A DNA stretch of 52,276 nucleotides, from positions 1 to 52,276 of the forward strand of contig JYFJ02002709.1 in NCBI GenBank assembly GCA_000934665.2, written 5' to 3'. The translations under genes were made by a program, and so were the position numbers. This DNA comes from Catajapyx aquilonaris. Its lineage: Eukaryota. Of the stretch, positions 11,390 to 23,517 are shown in pieces. Within the stretch, counting starts at the first letter, position 1. Each line of letters begins with the position of its first letter. The notes beneath the pieces were generated by a model, which worked only from the letters and a program-made list of their open reading frames with translations, was not told where the DNA came from and searched no databases.

Positions 11390-12330
11390 ACATAATACTG
11401 TCCAACAAGCCTTCCGTCCTCTGGCTGTCCTGGCCAAATTGGGGGGTTGCTTCCAACGACCAGGATCTGGAACGGACCATATGGAACTCCAGAATGGAGC
11501 ACTCCTGTTATCTTCTTATCTGCTACCATCGCCGTGATAGTCATCAATTTATAGGATTACACTAATGATGATGATATGACGCCCCTGCAGAAGGGGGCAC
11601 TAAAAAAGTCGTGGCCTTTGTTTTCAATCTGTTTTATGTTCACGGTTCTGATGCAGTCGTACATACTTCTGCTGGTCAACTTCAGAAAGATATGCTTGAT
11701 TTTCAACAAATTCGTGGAGTTTGATGGGAAGTTTGAGAACAAGGTGAACAAGTCCATGTTCTTTGAAGCGTTGGGAATGCTGCTTTGTGCTTTAGTGCTG
11801 CAAGTGGCTTATATCCCGGTTTGGATAGCAGCTGTTGGAAAAGCAGAATCCGCACTATGGAACTCTTACTTGGTCTTGCGGATATACACTGGCTTCTTCG
11901 ACAGAATCGGTACATTCATGGCTATTTTCCTGTCCAAATGTGTGAGGAACCGCTTCTCTGTGGTGAGTTCCTCTATTGAATCCGCCATTCAGCTTCTGCC
12001 TGTCACTTACCCATTCTCCGAGACTGAAAGAAAAACAATGTCCATCAATGGTTGCACCCCAAAACATCTGGCAAATAGCAAGCACATTAAGGCCCTGTCA
12101 GACCTGCACTGCTTGTTTCAATACCTGTGCATGACAGTGGATGCAATAATTGCAATCAGTGATGCCTTCGGATGGATCCTGCGCCTCGAGTACCTCCGAT
12201 GCATTGTCACCATCGTGGGTTCAGCAGCCTTCCTCATTTTTAGTGAGTGGAAAGCTGAATACAAAGAGCCAAAGTTTTGCTTCATCTTGGAGGTCATCTC
12301 AGCGTCTGTAATGCTTGTGGTCATGCCTTG
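11390..12330 (+). pseudogene. Gustatory-receptor-like (7tm chemoreceptor) pseudogene
   Basis: N-terminal HNTVQQAFRPLAVLAKLGGCF, a frameshift near 11455, and an in-frame TAG at 11552-11554. A hydrophobic multi-TM ORF follows, with GR-like motifs (FLSKCVRNRF, LHCLFQYL..AISDAFGWIL). Sequence after ~12330 looks unrelated and the C-terminal TM7 motif is absent. Confidence 0.65.
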
Positions 12331-13269
12331 TTCGCCAGTAGTTCCAGAAATGACCGTTGACTTGTTGGCTTGCAGGCATGGATCAAGGCTCCCAGGCTAC
12401 AGGCTAACTCACTCTTCAAGACGCAAGTACTACTACCGCTACATGGCGTGGAGGTTGCAAACGCACTCACCTCCACCAGCGCCATCTAGGGAGCCGAGCC
12501 GCCATAGACTCCTGCTACCTACGGTGGCGAGCCTCAACCCGGTTGGATAGCCACATGCCCACATCATTCATGTCTCTCTTTATAATGGACATATGGCTGG
12601 CCACTTTCCTCAGATATTATTAGGGAAAAAATTAGAACAGGAATTAGAGGTTCCGTGCCATTTGCCCCAACAGAGGCAGTGCACTACCCACAATTATTAT
12701 TTTTATTATTATTATTACAATGGCTGCAATCAGTATACAGTAGGGTAAAAAGCTTCCTTGTGGACGAGTAGTTACCAAAAAATTCGTTGTCACCACTAAA
12801 AGAAATTGCACTTGGGTTCTCATTCTCGCACTGCTTTTCTTGCTAACACTGGTCTGAATAAAGAAAATGTAGCATCCCATACCCTAAATGAAAAGCAGTT
12901 AGCTCTGTATACCCCCCAAATATTCGTACGTAATAAAAAAATCTCTACACTTATGCAAAAAATAAATAATTAAAAAAGGCACATACAATGAGGGGGATAT
13001 GTGGCACAACAATTTTCCAGTTGAAAACTAATGTCCCTTCTCCCAATTTTTTTTCCGGCCTACTGTGAATAATATTGCTGATCAAGTCTCCCCCTCTCCT
13101 GCAGTGTTGCCACATGGCAAGAGATTTTCTTTTTCCAAACCCATTACATAGGAAGGTGTATAATACACATATTATTGTTCATGATTGATTTTTTTTGTAC
13201 ACAAACTTTTAACGCATAACAAAACTCTCACACTTCAGTCTGATTTTAATTTTTGGAAGCACCCAAATA

Positions 13270-13521
13270 TCATGAGAGTGACTCTCTCAGAGCATGAAGC
13301 TGTTCTTCACCCAGTTTGAGTTTATCATCAATTTCCCTGGAGTCCATGATGAGCTTTGCTTTCATCTTCACAAAATGATCATAGTCTGCGTACTCGTCTG
13401 GGTTCAGGTATTGCCTCAGAAAGCCAGAAACCAGCTGGCTCCGGCGATCTATGCTTTCTTTAAGGCGCTTTGCTTCCTCTAGCTGCTCTCTCAGTTTACT
13501 GCACTTGCCCTCCAGAACTCT
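13270..13521 (-). CDS. Shroom: Shroom terminal coding exon (end of ASD2)
   Basis: Acceptor ttttccacag, phase 0. RVLEGKCSKLREQLEEAKRLKESIDRRS...DYDHFVKMKAKLIMDSREIDDKLKLGEEQLHALRESLS* is the ASD2 C-terminus. Confidence 0.95.
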   Translation of the reverse strand, partial: RVLEGKCSKLREQLEEAKRLKESIDRRSQLVSGFLRQYLNPDEYADYDHFVKMKAKLIMDSREIDDKLKLGEEQLHALRESLS

Positions 13522-13649
13522 CTGTGGAAAAAAAGTAACATTAGCAACAAGTAACATAATAGGGTAAGCAGTATTGTCAATAGGCTATAATAATAATATA
13601 GCCATATAATAATTGGGTGTAGTGCATACCCTCACAAGGGTTTTGCAGG

Positions 13650-13880
13650 GACCTTTATACTTTCCTCATCACGGATATACCATTTTTGTTTGATGAAGTG
13701 CCCAAGTCCTTAGGAACGGTGACTGGAAGGGGATGTGCAAGGTGCAAGTGCAATGTCATTGCTATGGTCATTTTGTGAGTTCCCCTGGTCTGTGTGATCG
13801 TGTGTGTGTGTGTGTGTGGGGAGGGGGGGGGGGGNNGGGGTTGAAAGACTGCCCCGGGCCCAGGTTTGTAACAGGTGCAG
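13650..13880 (-). mobile_element. Degenerate SINE-like dispersed repeat, copy A
   Basis: Reverse complement shares GACATTGCAC..TTGCACCTTGCAC..CCCTTCC..GGGCACTTCAT..GAAAGTATAA with 15856-15966. Confidence 0.55.
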
Positions 13881-13989
13881 GCCTACCTTTTTTTTAGAGG
13901 TACCATTATTATGACGTGTATTTTCGACGTCAATTAACAATAAGCTTAATCTTAACAAATAAATTTCAAGTTTCCAACTGCTAAAATGA

Positions 13990-14326
13990 TGCGGCGTGTA
14001 GGCAGAAAATTTCAGGTGGGGGCCCATTTCATAAGTACTAGGTGAACAGGCGGTAAAGGGCGTGGAGGAAGCCCACCGCAGGTAGAAATTTTCTTGGGTT
14101 CAAGGTCACACGAGCTTAGGTGAATGTGGGAGATTTGAATGGGTGTGTATTTGATGAAATTGGTAGCACTTTTCCCCCCCCCCCCAAAATCATGAATTAG
14201 TAATTTCTAATGCTATTTCCGGCTATTTCAAACATTTCGTGNNNNNNGGGGGGGGGGGGGGGGGGGAACCCGCTTGGGCCCCCCTCCCCCCTGCATACGC
14301 CACTAAGGATAATTCACTTGCCACGA
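13990..14326. mobile_element. hAT-like MITE related to 6670-6886
   Basis: Termini GGCGTGTAGGCAG / CTGCATACGCCACTA. Internal core GGGTTCAAGGTCACACGAGCTTAGGTGAAT...ATCATGAATTAGTAATTTC is the reverse complement of ~6713-6840. A further fragment lies at ~10323-10380. Confidence 0.6.
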
Positions 14327-14391
14327 GAAAGCAGGTAGTGCTCCCGACACTACTTTGACTCACTTTTTGATGAGGAATTGCTTACTATTAA

Positions 14392-15300
14392 GGGTGGGAT
14401 AAAGGTCCCGGCGCTTATGGAGGTTGACATGTTAAATGTCGGGCCTAATAACTCTGTAATAAATTTCTGAACAGAATTACATGAAATTTTTGACACAACA
14501 CGACACAACAACCCTTGTCACGGCTATGTTGAGCGAAACCTGTTCTAGGGATTCAGTTAATTATGAAAACCACGAAACTGAGAGGAATTTGAAGGCATGT
14601 GAGGAAATAATGTCCTGTGAAGAATAAGGACCAAATGAGCAAGATCGCTCAACACACCAGTGATGTAGAATGCTGTGACGAATGGGAAAAAAATAATCAT
14701 GTCCTTTAGTGTAGTTTCAACAGAGTCATTAGAAGATAACCCCGCTCTCTGAAACCCCTTGATGGTCATTTTGACTCAGATCTGATGATTCCTCGATCAT
14801 GCTGTCCGCCATTTTTTCTTCGACTTTTTGACATATGGCACTGGATAGCTTCCGTCATCCTGCATCCATGTGCAAATTTGCATGTCAAGTGGTTCACTCT
14901 GCATGACGTGATGACGCTAACGTGTCCGAACATGTGCATCTCCATGAGCGGGGTTATCTTCTAATGACTCTGTTGACACTGCACTAAAGGACATGATTAT
15001 TTTTTTCCCATTCGTCACAGCATTCTACATCACTGGTGTGTTGAGCGATTTTGCTCATTTGCTCCTTATTCTTCACAGGACATTATTTCCTCACATGCTT
15101 TCAAATTCCTCTCAGTTTCGTGGTTTTCATAATTAACTGAATCCCTAAAACAGGTTTCGCTCAACATAGCCGTGACAAGGGTTGTTGTTGTGTCGTGTTG
15201 TGTCAAAAATCTCATGTCATTCTGTTCAGTAATTACGGAGTTATTAGGCCCGACATTTAACATGTCAACCTCCATAAGCGCCGGGACCTTTATCCCACCC
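14392..15300. mobile_element. Non-autonomous DNA transposon with TTAA TSD and GG termini (Kolobok-like)
   Basis: TTAA|GGGTGGGATAAAGGTCCC ... GGGACCTTTATCCCACCC|TTAA, with ~350-bp near-identical inverted arms. Confidence 0.85.
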
Positions 15301-15675
15301 TTAAGCATTTAAGACTGGAGCTGGAGGTTCGTCAGTATCGTCACAAAGTAGTTAATTTTTAATAATAAAATAAAATATTTTAAAACTTTTTTTTGGGGGG
15401 GGGGGGCTAGCAGGGGGGCCCAGGGCGCTCGCACCCTGCACCCCCCACCCCCCATAAATCCAGCACTGGCTAGTAGAACTTAAGAGAGACTGAATTGTAG
15501 TGAAAAAAAATATTGGAAACGACAGTTTTGGGATTGGAAGCATATTTTTTAAGTCAAATTATTAGAACCACAGTTACTAATACTAAAGAAAAAATTGTCA
15601 ATTAGATCAAACAGAATAATTATCATTACAATTAATTGACTTTCAACATCCTACATCAGTTTTACTATCAGTAAC

Positions 15676-15970
15676 TGGGGGAAACATAGCGGCACTGCTG
15701 TAACGTATGCTCCCATGGATGGAAGGGTCCCTGGTTTGATTTCAAGCCCAGGCATTCCCCCACTTCATCTCGTGCAGAGTTGGGTCATCTCCGGCTCCAT
15801 CACAGGTGGAATTCTTTGTGACTAACCACCCCGGGAAACTCGCAAAATAAATGAGCAGCGACATTGCACATTTGCACCTTGCACCTCCCTTCCCACCCAT
15901 AGCTGCCTGCGGAATTCGAATCGGGGCACTTCATAAAAAGGGTCCAATATGCCACGAAAGTATAATAAAC
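15676..15970 (+). mobile_element. Degenerate SINE-like dispersed repeat, copy B
   Basis: Homologous to copy A in opposite orientation. Degenerate B-box-like GGTTTGATTTC near 15733. Confidence 0.5.
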
Positions 15971-16107
15971 ACCCATGCTACATACCTCGCAATGAGGTCA
16001 AGCACTACCTGGATTATATAATTATATCACAGTATATTACGAATCGTATTATATGTGGGGCGTTTGGAAAGTCTTCACATTTAATTTTTTTGCCACAAAT
16101 ACAGGGC

Positions 16108-16568
16108 TTATGCAGGTCGGAAGATAGGTACACATTGTCAATAGAACCCTCCTGGAGCCAAATTCACTGGCACCATGGGTGTGGCAACCTCTCCAGGCCA
16201 TCCAGGAACCACATTTTGGAGGTTCGGTGCTCCCACTACTGGACAACTGCTTCCTGCTCAATAATGTCCTCAAAATGGCATCAGCAAAGTGTTTTTTTTT
16301 TTTGTTTGTTTGTTTTTCATGGCNCGGGGGTACGACAGGTGTGGATGCACCCAAAGCCAGATCCACAGAAAAAAAAACCTTCACTGATGCCATTTCCAGA
16401 ACATTGTTGACAGTTGTTGACTGTGAGCAGTTGTCCAGGAGTAGGTGCACCGCACCTCCAAAAAGTGGTTCCAGGAGGGCCTGGAGAGGTTCCACACCCT
16501 TGACTTCTGTGCATTCAGCTCCAGAAGGATTCTATACATAATGTATGCTTATCTGCCGACAAGCATGA
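16108..16568. repeat. Diverged fold-back (old MITE)
   Basis: Arms ~16108-16300 and ~16370-16568 are reverse-complementary (e.g. CCTCTCCAGGCC..CCAGGAACCAC vs GTGGTTCCAGGAGGGCCTGGAGAGG). Confidence 0.7.
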
Positions 16569-16844
16569 GTTCTTTCCTAATGCCCCTCATATTATCTTAC
16601 AGTATATTATATTGTATTATATTATTATTAGAGCCTTTACAGTTGCTAGAAAATGAAATCACTTGGCATTTTCCACCTCTACACCTTCACTAAAAAGCAT
16701 TCACAAAAATATATCTACCAAGACTTAGCCTTACTGACACTGTCAAAAAAATTGTCTTTTTCAAAAGTGCCTAGCTTCCGCTTCTGGTAACACAACTCTT
16801 GAAAATAATCAGTAACTTCTACAAAGTCACAGTCTGTTACGAAC

Positions 16845-17117
16845 CCTTTCTTCCTGATTGGCTTCTTCAGGCAGGCCTCTGAGTGCATTCTCTGCTCTGG
16901 CAAGTCTTCCAGAAAGCCCAAGCAGCAGGCAGGTAATCTTGTCAATTTCTTCCACATGCAGCTGGAACTTGCTGTACTCGCTTGCCTTAGCCACTGACTC
17001 AACCCTCGATCCCACAGAGTCACCCAGCTGCTGGTTTAAATGGATCTCCTCTTGGATAGCCAGTTGCTCTTCACGCAAGATCTCCAGTTTGCGTCCAATA
17101 CTAGCCACCAGTTCTTC
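16845..17117 (-). CDS. Shroom: Shroom exon (ASD2)
   Basis: atctttcag|GAA...AGG|gttcgt, phase 0-0. EELVASIGRKLEILREEQ...EEIDKITCLLLGLSGRLARAENAL (ASD2 LLLxLSxRLAR motif). Confidence 0.95.
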
Positions 17118-17816
17118 CTGAAAGATTACCATGTCACAGAATCAAGTACTGGTATATGTCCAAGATATGTACTATCGGCAGGGAAATGGTCCGGACACTT
17201 GTCAATGCTCAGCCTACCTCCAAGTGTCCAGACCATTTCCATGCCAATAGTACTGACCATCACGAGAAAGATAATGGAGACAACTGGTCACGAAAATACA
17301 GAGGTCCCAGAAACGCTGTAATACATCAGTGGCAGGATGGTAGTGTAGCAATCCCTCATGGCCTTTAGTTGCCTCCAATCCTGATTTAAAAATCATATCT
17401 GTAACTAGCTGTCTCCAATTTTCTGCTCACATGCAATGAAACCTGAACGTAACGGACCCTGAGTATAGCAGAATATTGTCCACTGCAGATTTTTTTAAAG
17501 AATGGACATATGCATAAGACATAGGCTACATAATGAATTTTTTGACAAATCTAACGGAAACCTGACCAATGCAGAAACAGGATGGATTTTTGTCCCCTTG
17601 CATGCGAAATCCCTGTTCACAATGAAAATTAAAATGTTGACATTATCCTGTGAGCCACTGACACAACAACAGAAGCATAGGCAAGGTGCAGGAATTATCA
17701 TTACTGCAAAGCAGAAGGAATTAAATGGCTATTAAGCTAATTTTGAATTCACTTCAGAGCTCCCCAAGTTCACAAGTTCTCAAATCTGGCAGTATTGTCT
17801 TTGATGAAAATACTAC

Positions 17817-17900
17817 AGTAAAACCCCGATATAACGCTCTTCAAGGGACTGACCCAAAGTATAGCTAGACGCAGAAATTCGTTATATGCGGGAAATGTGA
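17817..17900 (+). mobile_element. pogo/Tigger-like terminal fragment
   Basis: TA|CAGTAAAACCCCGATATAACG with an internal CGTTATATGCG. The partner TIR was not found. Confidence 0.4.
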
Positions 17901-18461
17901 TTTAATTCGCCTTTTTCCTCAGGAAATGAATGCCTTCACTGTTGCTGGAATATTCCACTGTGCCGCCTTTCGCATAAAACGTCAAGGATGACTTGCTTTT
18001 TTAGTTGCAGCAAACTCTTCCTATCTGCCCCATACCAGTCACTGATTCCATTGCCACATCTTCGTCGAAAAGTTTGCTATGGTAATGTCTTGGGGCAGTG
18101 GCACTACTGGCAGATTTTAGAACTCATTCAGTGTTGAAGTGGAATTCAAAATATTCTCAATCTTATTGCCTGCTACAACACATAAATTATTGACTCTTTT
18201 TTACCAACTCAAAGATTTTTTGTGACACCTATGCACCACATCAAAATGCTCTTTAACAACCATTGTGTGCCAAATGTTCTGTTAATAATTAACAAAACAT
18301 TTATTGTATGATAAAGTGTAGTAATATTCAAATGCATGAATGCTGGTAATGATATCAAAGCATTAATAATTTGCTGATAATGACAATACCAAAGCATTAA
18401 TAAATTGCATACTTATAAAGTTCAGCAATACAGTAACACACAAAATTCACATTTCAATATA

Positions 18462-19193
18462 CAGGGTGTCCCTAAATGATAGTCAACATTTGAAAGTTGC
18501 TTAATTTCTATTAGTTGCGGTGTGCAATGACAAGACAGACATAGAATGAAAGAGCACATTTGGGAGTTTTTATTGCACACACTAGAAGTGCTCAATATGA
18601 GCACCTTTCGTCACACGACATGATAGTCTAATTCTCTACACAGGCCAGCATGTCTGATGTGATTGATTCCACAGCAGCAACAATCCTGCGTTTCAACTCA
18701 CACAGGCTGGTAGGTAGCCGTGGTACGAAGACCTGGTTCTTTACATATACCCCGAGGGGAAAAAGTCACATGGGGTGAGATCGGTAGACCTTGGCGGCCA
18801 CTGGAGAAAAACCTGTATCTTGCTGGCCGGCATGTCCGATCCGCCGATCCTTGCCCTTGCAAAGGCATCCCGTCGTCTGAAACTTCTGGAACCACCGTTG
18901 AATTATTGTAGGGAGGGGCATAACGTCGTCCGTACTGTCGCCGGAAGGCCTGCTGAACAGTAACTACCGAACCTAGCTTTGCAAACTGCAGGACACGGAA
19001 CGTTTTCTGTTCGGGAGACACCATTTTGTGGAGTGGCCCTGTGTGTCTCGCGGCAAAGTGCGGAACCAACTTTTCTGTGTGCAATAAAAACTCCCAAATG
19101 TGCTTTTTCGTTCTGTCTGCCTTGTCATTGCACACCGCATCTAATAGAAATTAAGCAACTTTCAAAAGTTGACAATCATTTAGGGACACCCTG
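18462..19193 (-). mobile_element. Internally deleted Tc1/mariner-superfamily transposon (rosa/maT-like)
   Basis: TA|CAGGGTGTCCCTAAATGAT...ATCATTTAGGGACACCCTG|TA with ~120-bp TIRs. Minus-strand remnants MVSPEQKTFRVLQFAKLGSVVTVQQAFRRQYG (N-terminal HTH) and WPPRSTDLTPCDFF (catalytic motif). Confidence 0.9.
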
Positions 19194-19278
19194 TATTTTT
19201 GGTCCAGGTATAGATTGCAGGTGTTGCAGGTACCATAATAATTATGGCACGGGTTTTAAAGCTCGACATACTGTCCTA

Positions 19279-19630
19279 CCTAGCCCCCGGACACTCATAT
19301 ACCTTATACATTGCTCCCCCTGTGAGCTCAGCTCTGCTCCCCCACCGAGGGCGTTTGCCATGGGCGGCGCTGGGATCAGGAGCCAAGATAGGTATGTCGC
19401 CACTAGCTGGAAATTCTGAAGCACTTAGCTCAACTCCAATTGGCTGGGGTAGTATGGGGACGCCTTAACTACTCCAGCCTATCGGAGTAGACCGAAATGG
19501 TTCAGAATTTCCCGATAGTGGCAGCGCACCTATCTTGGCTCCTGATTCCAGTGCCACCCGTGGCAAACCCCCCTCAGTGGGAGAGCAGAGCTTAGCTCAC
19601 ACAAAATGGCGGGGAGTGTCCAGGGGCTGG
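19279..19630. repeat. Imperfect ~350-bp hairpin (MITE-like) just downstream of a Shroom donor
   Basis: TGTGAGCTCAGCTCTGCTC...ATCAGGAGCCAAGATAGGT pairs with ACCTATCTTGGCTCCTGAT...GAGCAGAGCTTAGCTCACA. Loop at ~19455-19467. Confidence 0.8.
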
Positions 19631-19663
19631 TCCTATCATAAACTGAACACATCAAAACCATAC

Positions 19664-19808
19664 CTTTTTTCGTCTAAGCTCCTCCCGATCCTCAGTTTGG
19701 TTTTGCTCCTGACTCATGTCCTGGATGTACCTGGTGAGAAACTTGGCTTTCGATTCCGATGTGGTGAAATACGCTGAATTTGCTGGGAGAGGTGCAGACA
19801 AGTCCAAC
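19664..19808 (-). CDS. Shroom: Shroom exon (ASD2 N-terminal part)
   Basis: gccacag|G...AAG|gtatgg, phase 2-0. LDLSAPLPANSAYFTTSESKAKFLTRYIQDMSQEQNQTEDREELRRKK, containing the conserved SAY..SxxKA motif. Confidence 0.9.
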
Positions 19809-20013
19809 CTGTGGCCGCAAGAAGACCAACTTTATATCTTGACAACACAACAGCAGTCTACAAACTGCTCTCCCCCATATATGAGTCACACTTAAAATTA
19901 TGCCAGGTCATGCTCTGGTGAACAGGGATCAATAGACATCAAAAATTCAAGGGTGATTGGATGAGAATTGATTGGAGGGGAGTGAATGGGAACATGCAAG
20001 AGAATAAACTCAC

Positions 20014-20179
20014 TTGATTTCCTCCTGCAAGTCCTTTCTTGTGGCAGCATCTTCTGCTGCCCTTCTTCTGATAGTGTTTGGACTCTGGATCCTCCTTTGC
20101 AGGTGACCCCCACTCTCCAGCTCCAATTCAAACAAGCCTTTCATGTAGTCTGCTGTTGTCTTGTGTTCAGGACCAGGAA
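20014..20179 (-). CDS. Shroom: Shroom exon
   Basis: tactgcag|TT...AA|gtgagt, phase 1-2. VPGPEHKTTADYMKGLFELELESGGHLQRRIQSPNTIRRRAAEDAATRKDLQEEI. Confidence 0.9.
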
Positions 20180-20381
20180 CTGCAGTAATTTCAAAAATTT
20201 GGAAAATCAGATCTTGTGTTCTAGTTACTTATGATGCGACTTATTGGCTGATTCATATAATAAAAGCATGATAGTAATATTATGGACTCTGATCAGTGGG
20301 GACCATGGGTTGGGGACAAGAGGTCTGCAGTATTATACACACAACAAAATACTTCATGCTACATGGGTTGTTTTTTTTATA

Positions 20382-20916
20382 CAGGGTGCTCAAAAACTCG
20401 CGGAAAGTGGCCAAGTAGCCTGATAGGACTTGCAAAACTAATATAGGGATGTGGAAGTAGTTTTTGGCTAACTTGCATAGTTTTTGCTTACGACGCCTTT
20501 AAGATTTCGGGAGTTTCATGACGTCACATCCGCCTTGAGGCCCCCCATTGCGTCATCATACATGTTGTTGTGGCTGTTGCCATTGGCACTGATTATTGTT
20601 GCGAATATTGTCAACTGTGATTGTTGAGAAATAAACAACGATTTCAGCTTGTATCTGTGGCCAGTCGACACCTCAATTGCCAGACTGAAAGCGGTTTATT
20701 TCTCAACAATCACAGTTGACAGTATTCACAACAATAATCAGTGCCAATGGCAACAGCCACAACAACATGTATGATGACGCAATGGGGGCCTCAAGGCGGA
20801 TGTGACGTCATGAAAAACTATGCAAGTTAGCCAAAAACTACTTCCACATCCCTATATTAGTTTTGCAAGTCCTATCAGGCTACGTGGCCACTTTCCGCGA
20901 GTTTTTGAGCACCCTG
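20382..20916. mobile_element. Palindromic Tc1/mariner-type MITE
   Basis: TA|CAGGGTGCTCAAAAACTCGCGG ... CCGCGAGTTTTTGAGCACCCTG|TA. Arms are complementary almost to the centre. Confidence 0.9.
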
Positions 20917-20991
20917 TATAGTTTTTGGTGTGAGCAGGCAGATACAGTGGAAATACAGTAGTACAGTAGATGGCATGAGGGTGTTTAAGAC

Positions 20992-21345
20992 TGAGTGGAT
21001 TACCACTATCGTGCAGGGACAGGGTAGGGATAGGAGGGGGGACGCTGGTGCATGTGCAATGTCATCAAGTTGGGGGTCATGTGCAGTCCCTCATGGGGCC
21101 CGTTCGCCAAGATTACCCCCTAGATGCGAGTCAGAAATACCCCACTGACTCGCACCTCCTCCAGGGCAGGGAAAGGAAGGAAGCGGCTGTGGCCTATTTT
21201 ACAGTACAATCCCGGAAATTTTTCTTGGGGTGACCTTGGAAAACCACAGAAAACCAAAGTCAGGATCGACGGCCTCCGGATTCGAACCCAGGACCTCCCG
21301 ATTAGTAGTCGGACACCATATCCACTCCACCACTACTGCTTCGGT
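20992..21345 (-). mobile_element. tRNA-derived SINE (resembles the Talua/Lm1-type SINEs of polyneopteran insects)
   Basis: Minus-strand head with A-box TGGTGGAGTGG and B-box GGTTCGAATCC. Body GGAAGGAAGCGGCTGTGGCCTA..GGAAAACCAC. Perfect 11-bp TSD GTGTTTAAGAC (20981-20991 / 21346-21356). Confidence 0.85.
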
Positions 21346-23094
21346 GTGTTTAAGACATTTCTGATTATAAAATGTGGAATTTTCCAGGTGGACTGCAGTC
21401 CCACAGTGCCACAGCCACCACTGATTACAGTTAAATGTTTAATATTCCAACCTATACGACTTTATTATTGAGTGTGTTCCAATTGAAATGTCTGTAGTGG
21501 TGAACTATTTCATTGCACTAAGCTGCTGATTATTAAGCAGTTACCTTACACCATACAATAGCTACTTTCAATAGTTATCAAAAATATGCTCCTAGTGTTA
21601 TGCTGAACAGAAATGTCCCTTTAGGCTCTGAATTATGATTAATATCCTAATAACACAGCCCACCGGCACCTGAAATCAATGATTGAATGTGTTAGACTAA
21701 TTCGTTCACAGCCAATAACCTCTTGGATTAGTTAAGCACTCATCAATTGCAGCCTAATATGTGCTACTACTACTGTATTACCCCACCAGAGGGCTGGTAT
21801 AATGTGGTGCAAATGGTGATTTCCTTCTTCGTTTGAAAATTATTATATATTTTAATTAAAACCACTATTATGCCTACACATACTAGAGGGCAGATCGACT
21901 TGTAAGTCAGAAGTGTAAATGAACACTCATGGATATTTATTATTATTATTAAAACTTGGTCAGACAGTGACAGAGAAGTCACATTTTGTCACAGATATTG
22001 TGAAGTGAACAAGTGATAGATTAGAACCCTCATGAAAGGCTGCTGACCAATAGGGCTGAGTTCCCTGTATTTTCCCCCTTTCTTTGATGAAATTATTTTT
22101 CATTTACGGTAAAATATTCTTCAAAAGTAAAATATGGATGGCATTTCCTCGCTTTATACCCCAGGCTGGTGTAGTCACCAGAAGTGCCTTTTCAAAAATA
22201 TGGTTACCCAGTTTTTACTGAGGTGTGCTGTTATTTGCGGGTAATAAGGTACTTTTTTTTAAACCTCTACAGTGGCTGCTCCATAAACTAACGGCTTACA
22301 AATAAGCACCTAAGTGAAAAACAGTGACTAACCACTACAGACATTCATATCAGATCATACTACAAATTAAATAACTCACTGCCTAGGAATTAAAATGTTA
22401 AAAAGGGGTGAAAATATTGCAGTACATCAGCGTTCTGTACATACATCAAAACATACCTTATGTTTCTGCAATAAATTTGTGCAATATAAAAATAAACTTA
22501 CTCTTGCTTAATCCTCTGGTAGGCTAGGTGGTAATTTTAAAAACATATCACTACAATGCCATGAAATCAATAAGTGTCAACTTAAATGAACCCCATAAAG
22601 TCTCAGGCAAATTATTAACAATTCAAAAAAAAAAAAAGAAATTCGTGGGTGGTAGTTATTGTGGCTCACAAAAATTCCACTTGGTTCGAGTGCCTTCAGT
22701 AACGCATTATTTGCACCTGGTTATATTTTGAATGTTGATGGCATATTGCACAAAAGACCACTATCCAACTTTTTAGAAATATATTCTGAACAAATTATAA
22801 AATAAATACATGTTGAAGTGTTTCTGGAGATCAGGGTGACAACAGAGGGGGCTAATGCCAATGTTGCAGTGCAAACTATCTCTGTTTTGCCAGCATGATT
22901 TAAAAATTATTAATTGTATCCAATCTTATTAGTTACACACTTACACTATAATGGCCAGCCCTGCTCAAAAAATTCAATTGACACAACAGATATTACTTGC
23001 ATGCAGGCTTCATTCAGTGTCTTCACTGTTCAAACTGACATGTTTAGTAACACATTTTCCATCACCTGAAGGGAAATAAAAGGGCAAGCCTTAC

Positions 23095-23517
23095 CAAGAA
23101 GAGTCTGCAGCTTTGGATTGGGCTGTGCCATGTGACTGACCAAGTCTCTGGATAGCTGCTCGCACTCAATCTCCTCCTGCAGTTTGCACCTGCCAAAAGG
23201 CACCTGCAGAGGAGGAGGCAACTGACTCTCCGGAGCCACTCCAGTCTCCTGTGAAACTGTTTCCTCTCCTTCCTCTGGAGACTCTGGGGTGTCCGGACTA
23301 GACCGTACCAGGGGCAGAGTCAAAGAGGATGCTTCCTCTGCTTCTTTGGTTTCTGGTGACTTCATTACTTCTGGGTTTGGACTAGCCTCCTCCCTACTAC
23401 CATCCTCGTTGACGATACTCTCCGAACTGCTGCTCCCTTGGCTGCTCCTCATGCTGCTCTGGGATGTGAAGATGACTGTGGTGCCTGAGGTACGAATGTT
23501 GTGGTACTTCTCCCAGG
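23095..23517 (-). CDS. Shroom: Shroom exon
   Basis: ttttaacgcag|CC...G|gtaagg, phase 1-1. Ends KLQEEIECEQLSRDLVSHMAQPNPKLQTLL, the conserved pre-ASD2 segment. Confidence 0.88.
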
